A DNA stretch of 64,000 nt from Planctomycetota bacterium (GTDB lineage Bacteria > Planctomycetota > SZUA-567 > H5-PLA8): NCBI GenBank assembly GCA_045863855.1, contig BTVV01000001.1, forward strand, positions 32,001 through 96,000, read 5' to 3'. Made by a program: the position numbers and the translations under genes. The notes beneath the pieces were generated by a model that made no database searches, was not told the origin of the DNA, and saw only the letters and a program-made list of their open reading frames with translations. The stretch's first letter is position 1. Each line of letters starts with the position of its first letter. Below, in pieces: positions 19,012-27,620 of this stretch.

Positions 19012-19285
19012 TAGCAGCCCGTTGAAAAAGGGTGCGGACCGCGTTGCGAGGAGCATTTGGACTGGGCAAGGCGTCGCGCAGGGAGCCGCATCGAAAGATG
19101 CGGCGAGCGAAGCGCAACGACGCCCAGTTCGAATGATCCCGCAACCCTTCGGGCAGCCTCGTCTTGTGGCCCGGCTCTGCGTTGCGCTGCGGTCGTCGCA
19201 TCTCTTGATGCGACTCCCCTCCGCGCGCCTTGATCCGGACCACAATCCAAGGCTGCGCGGTCGTACCCTTTTCAACGGACTGCTA
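19012..19285. mobile_element. MITE-like non-coding element, ~274 bp
   Basis: Terminal inverted repeats TAGCAGCCCGTTGAAAAAGGGT / ACCCTTTTCAACGGACTGCTA; no transposase. Confidence 0.7.
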
Positions 19286-19691
19286 ACGGCCAGAGGCGCA
19301 GGCGGATGCGCGCGGCGATTTCCATCGAGGCTCCGAGGAGCGCGAGGAGTCCGAGGCAGAGGAGGACGTTGAAAGCGAGCGGTTTGAATTGCCAGCCGCG
19401 CTGCGTGAAGGAATAGAGGATCGCGCGCTGGCCGTCCCAGTCCTTTTCGGGGTGCTCGAGCGGTTCGACGTAAGCTTCGTTGAAAGGCCAGCCGTAACCG
19501 GTGAACCGGTAATCGTGGTACTGGAGGTCGGGGCTGAGGACGGAGCCTTGCGGCGTCGCGGTGAGCGCCATGTCGGTGATGATGCCGCCGGGCCGGGGCT
19601 GGGCGTTGAGCCAGACCAGGGCGGCGATTCCCAGCGCGAGGGCCAGGACGGTGCTGAGCTGGAGCGTGAAACCGGCGCGCGGTGCGTTCAT
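19272..19691 (-). CDS. Hypothetical membrane protein
   Basis: Two TM segments, YGWPF motif; stop codon lies inside the MITE end. Confidence 0.7.
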   Translation of the reverse strand: MNAPRAGFTLQLSTVLALALGIAALVWLNAQPRPGGIITDMALTATPQGSVLSPDLQYHDYRFTGYGWPFNEAYVEPLEHPEKDWDGQRAILYSFTQRGWQFKPLAFNVLLCLGLLALLGASMEIAARIRLRLWPLAVR

Positions 19692-19734
19692 CGAGGTATT
19701 CTACCACAAAATGCATAGGTAAAAGGGAAACGCG

Positions 19735-20139
19735 ATGGCTTTGACGGCGGCTCAGGTGACGCAAGTTTTCGAAGTGCTGGGGGTTCCCGAGCATTCGAGC
19801 GGATCGGTGGTGCTGGAATTGACGGGTCTTTTCGGTCCGCAATTCGAGAGTTACGACGTGAGCGCGGTGCGGAATCTGCTGGCGGCGCGGCTGGCGGGGT
19901 TGAGCGCGAGCCAGGAGGCGCGGGCGGCGGAGCTGCTGGCGCGGTGGAGCGCGATCGGCGCGACGAGTCCGCTGACGGTGGCGAAGGAGGGTTTGGCGGC
20001 GGGCACGTTGGCGGATCATCCGGCGGAGCGCGAGCATCTGCGGCGGGCGCTGGCGAATACGATCGGCTTCGCGGTGGCGGGGGGCGGGTTCGCGGCGGAG
20101 GCGGCGGTGAGGGCGGGGAGAGGGAGGGTTGTGCGGTAG
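19735..20139 (+). CDS. Putative head-tail adaptor
   Basis: Helical 134 aa protein just after the capsid; function from position only. Confidence 0.55.
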   Translation: MALTAAQVTQVFEVLGVPEHSSGSVVLELTGLFGPQFESYDVSAVRNLLAARLAGLSASQEARAAELLARWSAIGATSPLTVAKEGLAAGTLADHPAEREHLRRALANTIGFAVAGGGFAAEAAVRAGRGRVVR

Positions 20140-20286
20140 GCGGGTATGCAATGGGGTACTTATTTTAGAGTGAAATGAAAAGTCAAAGCCAACATTCAAA
20201 TGCCAGGATGCGATGGCTCGAGGGACAGGCAGCGCGGGGGCGCAAAGCAGGCATTTCGGTTCCAATTCTTCGGAGCATTCAAACGC

Positions 20287-20652
20287 ATGACGGTTTGGGA
20301 AACGATTCGAAGCGCGCGGGCGGAGGCGGCGGCGGCGGTTTTCGGCGCGGTGGGGGTGCGGGTGGATCTGATCGGCGAGGGGGGCGCGGCCGAGGACCTG
20401 GCGGCGTACGTGGAGCAGGGCGGTGCGGCGTTCGAGGGGAGCCTGGCTCGGCACGGCGTCGAAGCGGAACGGGTGGTGCATCTGCCGCGGCAAAGCGGAT
20501 TCGACGGGAGCGTGCGGCCGGGGGATGTGGTGGTGCTTCCGGCGGGCGGTGCGACGAAGTACGTGATCCGCGCCGTCGATTGCGACGCTCACGAGGCCGT
20601 CTTCCGCCTGCGGGTGACGCGTGCGGCGGCGCCGGTGGGGCTGGGGGGGTGA
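20287..20652 (+). CDS. Putative head-tail joining (stopper) protein
   Basis: Beta-rich with RPGDVVVL..YVIRAVD; 121 aa; position. Confidence 0.6.
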   Translation: MTVWETIRSARAEAAAAVFGAVGVRVDLIGEGGAAEDLAAYVEQGGAAFEGSLARHGVEAERVVHLPRQSGFDGSVRPGDVVVLPAGGATKYVIRAVDCDAHEAVFRLRVTRAAAPVGLGG

Positions 20653-20782
20653 AGAAATTTCGGAGCTCGGATTTCGGATCGAGGGCAGTGCGAGTTCTGC
20701 ACCGCGGCACTTGAACAAGCGAGCGCTTGCATCACGCAAGCGGATCGAATTAGGACGCATTTTGAAGCGATAAATTGGAGGA

Positions 20783-21397
20783 ATGGCGGCGATGCCGGCG
20801 GCGAGTCTGATCGGGAAGACGCGGGCGCGGTTGAAGGCGCTGGCGGAAGGCGTGAGCGGAGGCGGGCTGACGCTGGCGGCGGAGCGGGTGGTGCTGGGTT
20901 ACGCGCGGACGCTGGAGAGCGGCGGGTTCTTCGCGAACCTGCTGGCCGAGGGGCCGTGCCTGGCGATCGGTTCGGCGACGCTCGACTACGGCGCTCAGGC
21001 GGCATACGGTCCCGCCGAGGTCCGCGCCATCCTTTACGTGGGATTCGAGCGCGGCGCTGCGGAGGATTTCACGGCCGTGGACGATTTGCTGGAGGCGCTG
21101 CGCGAGGCCTGGAACGCTCCGGAGTCGTTCGGGAGCGGCGAGGCGGCTCCGATCCGGATCGGCTGGGACGCTTGGAAGACGGAGACGAAGAGCGAGCCGG
21201 GCGTGGTGGCGATTCCGCTGCGGGTTCAATTTCCCGATCCGCCGCTGGGCGAAACGTTCGAAGCCGAGGCGCGCCTGGGTGCGGCGCTGGAGCGGGAAAC
21301 GCCGACGATCTTGCGGACGTGCTGGCGCTATTTCGTGCATCGTTCGCGGTTCGAAAAACTGGCGCGGTTCGGAAGGAGCTGGTTGGAGGGAAGTTAG
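20783..21397 (+). CDS. Putative tail terminator/neck protein
   Basis: GGAGG RBS; VDDLLEALREAW helix; position. Confidence 0.5.
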   Translation: MAAMPAASLIGKTRARLKALAEGVSGGGLTLAAERVVLGYARTLESGGFFANLLAEGPCLAIGSATLDYGAQAAYGPAEVRAILYVGFERGAAEDFTAVDDLLEALREAWNAPESFGSGEAAPIRIGWDAWKTETKSEPGVVAIPLRVQFPDPPLGETFEAEARLGAALERETPTILRTCWRYFVHRSRFEKLARFGRSWLEGS

Positions 21398-21528
21398 GTT
21401 TTGGATGTAGGAGCGCGCTTCGCGCGTTTTGTCGAGTCCACCTCCCTGCCTCTCCTTGGCCAGGAGGGAATCGGCCCCGTCCGAAGCAAAAGATTCAGGC
21501 CCTTCCGCTTAGAACAGGAATCGAATGC

Positions 21529-21921
21529 ATGGCGCAAACGGGTGCGGGATTTCGGATCGAGTCGGCGACGCACGGCGAGTTGACGCTGGGGCGGGCGCTG
21601 GAGGCGTGGTTGCGCGAGGAGGCGGAGTGGGTGCCGCTGGAGGCGGGGGCGTTCGCCGGCGTACCGGGTTTGGCGGCGGTGCCACGCGGGTACGAAGCGG
21701 TGGTGGTGGTGACGGACCTGGCCGCCGAACCGGCGCTGGGAGCGAAGGCGACGCTGGAGTTGACGCTGAAGGCCGCGACGGGCGAGCGCGTGATTCTGAC
21801 GCTTCCGCACATGAAGCGCGGACCGTGCGAATGGAATCTGCGCCGCGCTCCGCACGCTCGCGCATTGGCCTTTCGCTACGAGGGCGCGCTGCTGCCGGCG
21901 CCGCTGGCGGTGAGCGTGTGA
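21529..21921 (+). CDS. Hypothetical beta-rich virion protein (tube-like fragment?)
   Basis: Cluster-like codon use; ATLELTLK..VILTLP strands. Confidence 0.5.
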   Translation: MAQTGAGFRIESATHGELTLGRALEAWLREEAEWVPLEAGAFAGVPGLAAVPRGYEAVVVVTDLAAEPALGAKATLELTLKAATGERVILTLPHMKRGPCEWNLRRAPHARALAFRYEGALLPAPLAVSV

Positions 21922-21982
21922 CGATGGCCGATTCTGGATTGGCGTGCGCGGAGCGGTGATGGCTTAAGGGGCAAGCGGCGGT

Positions 21983-22270
21983 ATGGCGGCTAACGAAGCG
22001 GTGCGGACGCGTGGATTCGACGCGGTGCTGTATACGGATCGCGGAAGAGCGCTGGCGTTGGCGCGGGTGCGTCGCGCTCCGTTGATCAAGCGGCGCGGGT
22101 TGCGCTTCGGATTGACCTTCCGATTTCGCTGGATCCACGAGGGGCATGCGGTGACGGCGGCGTTTCCGTTCGAGGCGGCATCGAGTGCGTACGCGCGTGC
22201 GGAGGAATTCGAGTGGGAGCGGTTGGGGGAAGGGGCTTGGGGCGGGAGACGAGCAAAAAGTAAAACGTAA
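21983..22270 (+). CDS. Hypothetical protein
   Basis: Co-oriented ORF in the cluster. Confidence 0.45.
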   Translation: MAANEAVRTRGFDAVLYTDRGRALALARVRRAPLIKRRGLRFGLTFRFRWIHEGHAVTAAFPFEAASSAYARAEEFEWERLGEGAWGGRRAKSKT

Positions 22271-22361
22271 ATCGTAAAGGAAAGGGCGGACTACGGATTA
22301 CCGCCCGCTCATCGTTCCCTGCGAAGCGGATGCTGGCGCATCCTTATATAGGAGACTCGGG

Positions 22362-22634
22362 GTGAGGATCGAGGAGGCGGAGGAGCGGGCGCGGCAGGTG
22401 CTGGCGGCGCTGGATCTGGGCGTGGCGTTCGCGGCGGAGCCGGGCCGGGTGCGGAAGGTTCGGGCGGCATCGGCGTCGAGTGCGGAAGCGCCGGGGGACT
22501 TGGCGGCCGCGGCCGAACCGAGTTCACCGCGGCCGATCGTTCGTGCGAGCGGCGGCGAGACGGAACGCGCTCGGCAGGAGGAGTGGTTGTACCGGCGGCA
22601 TCGACTGGCGCGGACGGGGTGGAACCGGGATTGA
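22362..22634 (+). CDS. Hypothetical protein
   Basis: GGAG RBS plus GTG; co-oriented. Confidence 0.5.
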   Translation: MRIEEAEERARQVLAALDLGVAFAAEPGRVRKVRAASASSAEAPGDLAAAAEPSSPRPIVRASGGETERARQEEWLYRRHRLARTGWNRD

Positions 22635-22676
22635 GCGCAGCGGGGCGTTCGGAATTCAAAGGGTGGAGCGCGCGGC

Positions 22677-22841
22677 GCGCGCATTTGGGTTCACCTCCCC
22701 TACTCCTCCTTGGCAAGGAGGGGAGACGGCATGGCAGGGCATTGAGGTAGCGCTTCGCGCGCATTTGGGTTCACCTCCCCTACTCCGCCTTCGCTGCGCT
22801 TTGGCGCGACAAGCCCTCCTTGGCAAGGAGGGGAGACGGCA
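22677..22841. repeat. Tandem pair of REP-like family A; second copy has a ~29 bp nested insertion
   Basis: GCGCGCATTTGGGTTCACCTCCCCTACTCC occurs twice; the second is interrupted by GCCTTCGCTGCGCTTTGGCGCGACAAGCC. Confidence 0.85.
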
Positions 22842-22904
22842 CGGCACAACGCTGCGATCGGGTAGCGCTGCGCGCCGCCATTCCATTTCAGCAAGGGATC
22901 ACGC

Positions 22905-23324
22905 ATGTCCGATTGGATCGTGGGGAGTATCGCGTTCGCCGATCCGGCGGGGTTGGCCGATGCGGCGGGCTTGGTGCTGGGCAAGTACTGGCTGGGCGAC
23001 GTGCGCGTCGGAGCGGGCGAGTACGCGGCGGCGGCGTACGCGTTTCCGGGCGTGGACGGCGTGGGCTTGAAGCGTTTGGGTTTTCGCGGGCGGCGGGTGG
23101 AGGGCGAGGTGGCGTACGTGGCGGAGTCGCCGGCCGCATTGCGTACGGCTCTGGCGGTCGACCGCCAGGCGTTGGAGGACCAGACCTTCGCCACGACGCC
23201 GCCGGACGGCGCGGAGCTGGCGGCGTGCACGCTGGAGGCGTTTCCGGACGGCGCGGTGCTGGCCGACGCGGGCGGCGCGTTCGTGCTGCGGACGCGGTTG
23301 GCGGTGCGGCAGGTCAGATTGTAG
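22905..23324 (+). CDS. Putative distal-tail-like protein
   Basis: FPGVDGVGLKRLGFRGRRVEGE resembles Dit/DNA-circularisation N-terminal patterns; position. Confidence 0.5.
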   Translation: MSDWIVGSIAFADPAGLADAAGLVLGKYWLGDVRVGAGEYAAAAYAFPGVDGVGLKRLGFRGRRVEGEVAYVAESPAALRTALAVDRQALEDQTFATTPPDGAELAACTLEAFPDGAVLADAGGAFVLRTRLAVRQVRL

Positions 23325-23431
23325 AGGGGGGATGTTGGATTTTGGCTCGCGGGAAGGCGGCGCGCATGCGCCGCCGGGGACGCGAATGTTCAGGCTCTAT
23401 TTCAGTTCGGTTTTCATAAAGGATTAACTGC

Positions 23432-25174
23432 ATGTCGGCTTCTCATGTGCCCGCGTCGGAAGACGCGGCGTTCGATGCGTTCGCGGGATTGACGTTCGAC
23501 GATCCGCTGCTGTACGCAACGCCCGATGCGCGGCGGATCGACGCGAAGTATTTCTTGAAGCCGGTGCAGGACGAATTGCTGCGCTTGATCGAGCTGGATT
23601 TGGAGGGTTCGGCGGCGTTGCCGGTGCGCAACGAGTCGGGCGGAACGCTGGCGGCGGGGGCGCTGGTTTGCGTGACGGGGCGCGACGGCGGAACGGGGCG
23701 CTGGCTGGTCGAAGGCGCGGACGCGGGCGATCCGGATCGGCCGGCGCAGTTCGTGCTCGACGCGGACTTAAACGATGCTTCGAACGGGGTGGCGTACGCG
23801 CACCGGACGGTGGACGGCTTGGACACGTCGCCGGCGGCGCCGAACGATCCGGTGTACCTCGCAACGCTCGCGGGCGGCTTCACGTTCGTTGCGCCGTCGA
23901 GCCCGGACCGCGTGCAGGAAGTCGGGCGCGTGGCGGCGGCCGATGCGAACGGATCGATTTGGTTCAGCGTGGGCGGCTTGCATGCGGGCGCGGTCGGCGG
24001 AAGCGCGGGGAGCGGGACGGCGGGCGCGCTGGCGAAATGGACGAGTTCGGCGGAGCTGGGCGACAGCATCGTGAGCGAGGACGGATCGGCGGCGACGGTG
24101 GCCGGCGATCTGATCGTCGACGGAGGGCATCTGGAGATCGGGGCGGGCGATGCGACGTTGAGCGCGGGCGACGTGCGGCTCGAAGCGGGCGCGTTGCGTT
24201 TGCATGCGGGCAGCTTCGTGGGAGCGGAGAACGGCGCGGCGGATACGGCGGGTGCGGATCTTCCGCTGTACGCCGGGGCGGGGGGCGCGCATGCGTCGGC
24301 GCATCCGCGCGGGGGCGACATCGTGGCGAAGCCCGGCGCGGCGGGCGCGGGCGGGACGGGGCGCGACGGACGTTTCGCGGTCGAAGCTCCCGGCGGCGGG
24401 AGCGCTCAGTTGCGCGCGTCGCACACCGGCGCCGACGCGCGGCTGGAGACGAGCGCGGGCGATCTGATCGTCGAGCCGGCCGGCGGGCAGTTGATCGTTC
24501 GTCAAGCGGGCGGCGTGGCGGGGACCGACGACGTACAGCTGTTTCACGACGGTTCGGACGGGTACGTCACGTCGGAGAGCGGCGATTTGCGGCTGAGCGT
24601 GCCGAACGGAAACCTGAAGCTGCGCGTGCGGACGAGCCAGGTGGTCTGCTACGTGCCGCTGGTGCCGGACGGCGCGAACACGCGTACGCTGGGCGGAAGT
24701 TCGAACGAGTGGCTGGCGTTGTACGCGGGCGAGGATGCGAACAGCGGATTCTTCGCGGGTTTGGACCAGAATATCCGCGGCTATTACGACGAGGCGGGCG
24801 CCGACGTTTTCAAATGGACCGGCGGGAGCGGCGCGGCCGACTGCGGCGATATGGAGTGGGAGACGACGTACACGCTGGGCGGGAACGCGGGCGACGGGTT
24901 CGCTTCCGCTTTGCGGCTGGACCCGGGCTACACGGCGGGCAGCGCGTACACGGTGACGCGGCATAACTATCTGGATCTGCAGAATCCGAGCACGGGCGGG
25001 AGCGCGGCGCTGACCGATGCGTGCGCGATGCGCTTCGACGCGGCGGCGGGAACGCATAAGGCGCTGGCGGGAAGTTCGACGAAGGCGACGCCGGGCGCGG
25101 TGGATGCGTGGTTGAAGGTGAATATCAACGGGACGGTGCATTACATGCCGGCGTATGCGAGCGTGACGAGTTGA
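23432..25174 (+). CDS. Putative fibre/spike protein
   Basis: Gly/Ala-rich beta repeats, GSGTAGALAKWT..LGDS, C-terminal WLKVNINGTVHYMPAY. Confidence 0.7.
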   Translation: MSASHVPASEDAAFDAFAGLTFDDPLLYATPDARRIDAKYFLKPVQDELLRLIELDLEGSAALPVRNESGGTLAAGALVCVTGRDGGTGRWLVEGADAGDPDRPAQFVLDADLNDASNGVAYAHRTVDGLDTSPAAPNDPVYLATLAGGFTFVAPSSPDRVQEVGRVAAADANGSIWFSVGGLHAGAVGGSAGSGTAGALAKWTSSAELGDSIVSEDGSAATVAGDLIVDGGHLEIGAGDATLSAGDVRLEAGALRLHAGSFVGAENGAADTAGADLPLYAGAGGAHASAHPRGGDIVAKPGAAGAGGTGRDGRFAVEAPGGGSAQLRASHTGADARLETSAGDLIVEPAGGQLIVRQAGGVAGTDDVQLFHDGSDGYVTSESGDLRLSVPNGNLKLRVRTSQVVCYVPLVPDGANTRTLGGSSNEWLALYAGEDANSGFFAGLDQNIRGYYDEAGADVFKWTGGSGAADCGDMEWETTYTLGGNAGDGFASALRLDPGYTAGSAYTVTRHNYLDLQNPSTGGSAALTDACAMRFDAAAGTHKALAGSSTKATPGAVDAWLKVNINGTVHYMPAYASVTS

Positions 25175-25272
25175 AGGGCGCAAACGCCAAACTGCAAACG
25201 GCAAGAACCAAGCAAACGGCAAACTTTCAAAATCAACAATCCCACATCCAACATCCGGAGGGCCCCGGCGGC

Positions 25273-25488
25273 ATGGCGGAGGAACGGTTATCCGGCGCGG
25301 ACGCGGAGCGCTTGCGGGCGGGTCATGCGGCGCTGGTGCTGGCGCGGCGCGAGCTGGCCTGGGCGGAGGAGCGCATGCGGCATTTACAGGAGTTTTTTGG
25401 ACTTAAATACGGCTTACGGTCGGGAGATGGGATTCGCGCGGACGGGCGGATCGAGCGGCGATGGGAACAGGAGCAGAGACCTTCGTGA
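25273..25488 (+). CDS. Small protein after the fibre gene (chaperone-like)
   Basis: 71 aa, helical; TGATG overlap with the next gene. Confidence 0.5.
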   Translation: MAEERLSGADAERLRAGHAALVLARRELAWAEERMRHLQEFFGLKYGLRSGDGIRADGRIERRWEQEQRPS

Positions 25489-27035
25489 TGCCAGGCATGC
25501 GAACGTCGTCGTTTCCGGGGCGGGTGGAAGACGCGTTACTGGATCTGGAGCTGTCGGCTCCCGCGAGCCTGGGCGCGGCGCGGGTGTTGCTGCGGCCGGC
25601 GCCGGGGTACGGCGGGCGGTGGTACGGCTTGTACGCGAACGCCCGGCTGGCGGCGGTGGTGTACGCGGCCGAGGGAGGCGCGGCGGAGGCGCTGCTCGCG
25701 TGGCCCGCGGAAGCGGAGGAACTGTGCGTGCACGCGGAAGACTTGGGCGGCTGGCCGGCCGGGTACGATCCGGAATTTACGGCTCGCGCGGCGGATGAAA
25801 TGAGCGCACCGGGATTGCGCCTGGAGTGGGCGGCGCAGCCGGAGGCGCTCTGGGGAAGCGAAGACGGCGGCCAGTTGAGCGGATGGTTAATTTCGGGGGC
25901 GAAACGGTTCAGCAATTCGGATCCGCTGGCGGGCTGGCCGACCCGGGCGAGCTGGGCGGTGGCGCTGGACGACGAGGACGGCGTTCGGCGCGTGCGGCTG
26001 TATGCGAGCGGGCGACTGGTGGCGGAAGGTTCTCGCGCAGGGGACGGCGCGGTGGAACTGGAGGCGCGGAACGAATCGGGATTGAGCGGGAGCGTGACGG
26101 TGGCGTACGAGGGCGGGGTGGCGCTGGGCGAGGCGAAGCTGATCGCGCGCTGGCCGGCGGCGTACGCGCTTCACTTCGCGCCGGGCGGATTGAGCTTTCC
26201 GCGCGCGGCGGAAGCGGAGGTATTCGACGACGGGCGGAGCGGGCGGTATCGGTTCGCGTCGGGGAAGCTGGCGGCGGGCATTTATACCGTCGCGGTGCGG
26301 CCTATTTCGGACACGGGCGCGGCGGCCGGTGAGCCGGAGACGCGGACGGTGGAGGTGTACGGTCCGCCGCAGGCGCCGGGTGCGGCGGCCTATGCGAGCG
26401 GGGATGCGGCGTCGACGACGGTGGCGTGGGTGCCTTCGGCGACGGCCGGCGCGACGTATCGCGTGTATGCGGGGGAGATCGGCGGGGCGCTCCGGATGTT
26501 GGAACCGCAAAGCGTAGCGGGGCCTCCGTACGAGGCGGCGCTACCGGCGGTGTCCGGATATCCGGGCCTGCGGCGAGTGCTGGTGCGCGCGGTGAAGGAC
26601 GGCGTGGAGGAATCGAACGGGCAGGTCTTGACGCTGGAGTATGCGGCCGATGGCCGCGTGGTAGCGAGCCGGCCGAACGCGGCCCGGATCGCCGAGGTGG
26701 CGGTGGAAGAGGGCATGACCGTGCGCGTGCGGGCGGTGTATCGAGCGAGCGGGGAACGCGCGGCGCCGGAGACGGCGGAGTTGTATCTGGCGGAAGGCGA
26801 GGCGGCCTTCGATTTCGAAGCTCCGGCGGCGAGCGAGCCTTGGGATGCGGAGCTGGCCGGGGTGCGCGGCGCGGAGTTGGCGGCGGTGGCTTCGGGCGCG
26901 GGATGGTATCGCGTGGCGGTGCGGGCAAGGTCGGCGGACGGGACGCCGGATGCCGGCGAGGCGTGGGAGCGTGTGTATGTATCGGCGAGCGAGCCGGCGG
27001 GAGTAGGGGAGTGGGAGGCTTGGGCGGGACGGTAG
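25488..27035 (+). CDS. Putative tail protein with fibronectin-III-like repeats
   Basis: YTVAVRP, PPQAP..TVAWVPSATAGATYRVY, YRVAVRA segments. Confidence 0.6.
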   Translation: MPGMRTSSFPGRVEDALLDLELSAPASLGAARVLLRPAPGYGGRWYGLYANARLAAVVYAAEGGAAEALLAWPAEAEELCVHAEDLGGWPAGYDPEFTARAADEMSAPGLRLEWAAQPEALWGSEDGGQLSGWLISGAKRFSNSDPLAGWPTRASWAVALDDEDGVRRVRLYASGRLVAEGSRAGDGAVELEARNESGLSGSVTVAYEGGVALGEAKLIARWPAAYALHFAPGGLSFPRAAEAEVFDDGRSGRYRFASGKLAAGIYTVAVRPISDTGAAAGEPETRTVEVYGPPQAPGAAAYASGDAASTTVAWVPSATAGATYRVYAGEIGGALRMLEPQSVAGPPYEAALPAVSGYPGLRRVLVRAVKDGVEESNGQVLTLEYAADGRVVASRPNAARIAEVAVEEGMTVRVRAVYRASGERAAPETAELYLAEGEAAFDFEAPAASEPWDAELAGVRGAELAAVASGAGWYRVAVRARSADGTPDAGEAWERVYVSASEPAGVGEWEAWAGR

Positions 27036-27122
27036 CTAGGAATTAGAATTCAAAACCTGCCTTCGAAAAATCAAGGATGCGCGCCGAATATGCTTCTATT
27101 TGCGCTATTTTCGAGGCTGTAA

Positions 27123-27536
27123 TTAGGGCTCAATTTTGAGATCGCGGAGTCGCCAGCGTCCGTTTTTGGCGATCTGATACTGGATGGTGCAGTTGTAGAC
27201 GTGGCCTTCGATGGCTCGGCCGGCGCCGCCGAATAATGCATCTACGTCATGCACGGCAAAATGTTTCACGTCGCCCACCTTAAAGGGAGCCTTCTGTCCG
27301 TCGCCGAGTTCGACGAGCTGGGCGCTGACGCAGTAGCGCGGATCGGAATCGGTGGCGGTGAGGACTTTATCGGTGGAGCCGACGGGTTCGACGGCGAGGA
27401 GTTTGGCTTTGAAGCGGACGGCGTTTTCTTCGAGCAGCGGAAAGCCGGGGGCGCCTTGGTAGAGGTGCGTGGGTCGCTTTTGGCTGCAACCGGCCAGAAG
27501 CGCGAGCGGCAGCAGGATGGCGGCGATGCGTCGCAT
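27123..27536 (-). CDS. Hypothetical lipoprotein
   Basis: Lipobox LLAG-C after a short signal; GGAG RBS. Confidence 0.8.
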   Translation of the reverse strand: MRRIAAILLPLALLAGCSQKRPTHLYQGAPGFPLLEENAVRFKAKLLAVEPVGSTDKVLTATDSDPRYCVSAQLVELGDGQKAPFKVGDVKHFAVHDVDALFGGAGRAIEGHVYNCTIQYQIAKNGRWRLRDLKIEP

Positions 27537-27620
27537 CTTCGAACTCTCCGCGTGAAGCGCAGACTATACCTCAGGCGCCCTTAAAGCGGAGCGCGTTTTC
27601 GGGCACGCAGGAGGCGGACG

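Noticed and set aside
20783..21921. Programmed frameshift joining two tail ORFs
   Set aside because: The ORFs are separated by a REP-containing spacer and no convincing slippery site was identified
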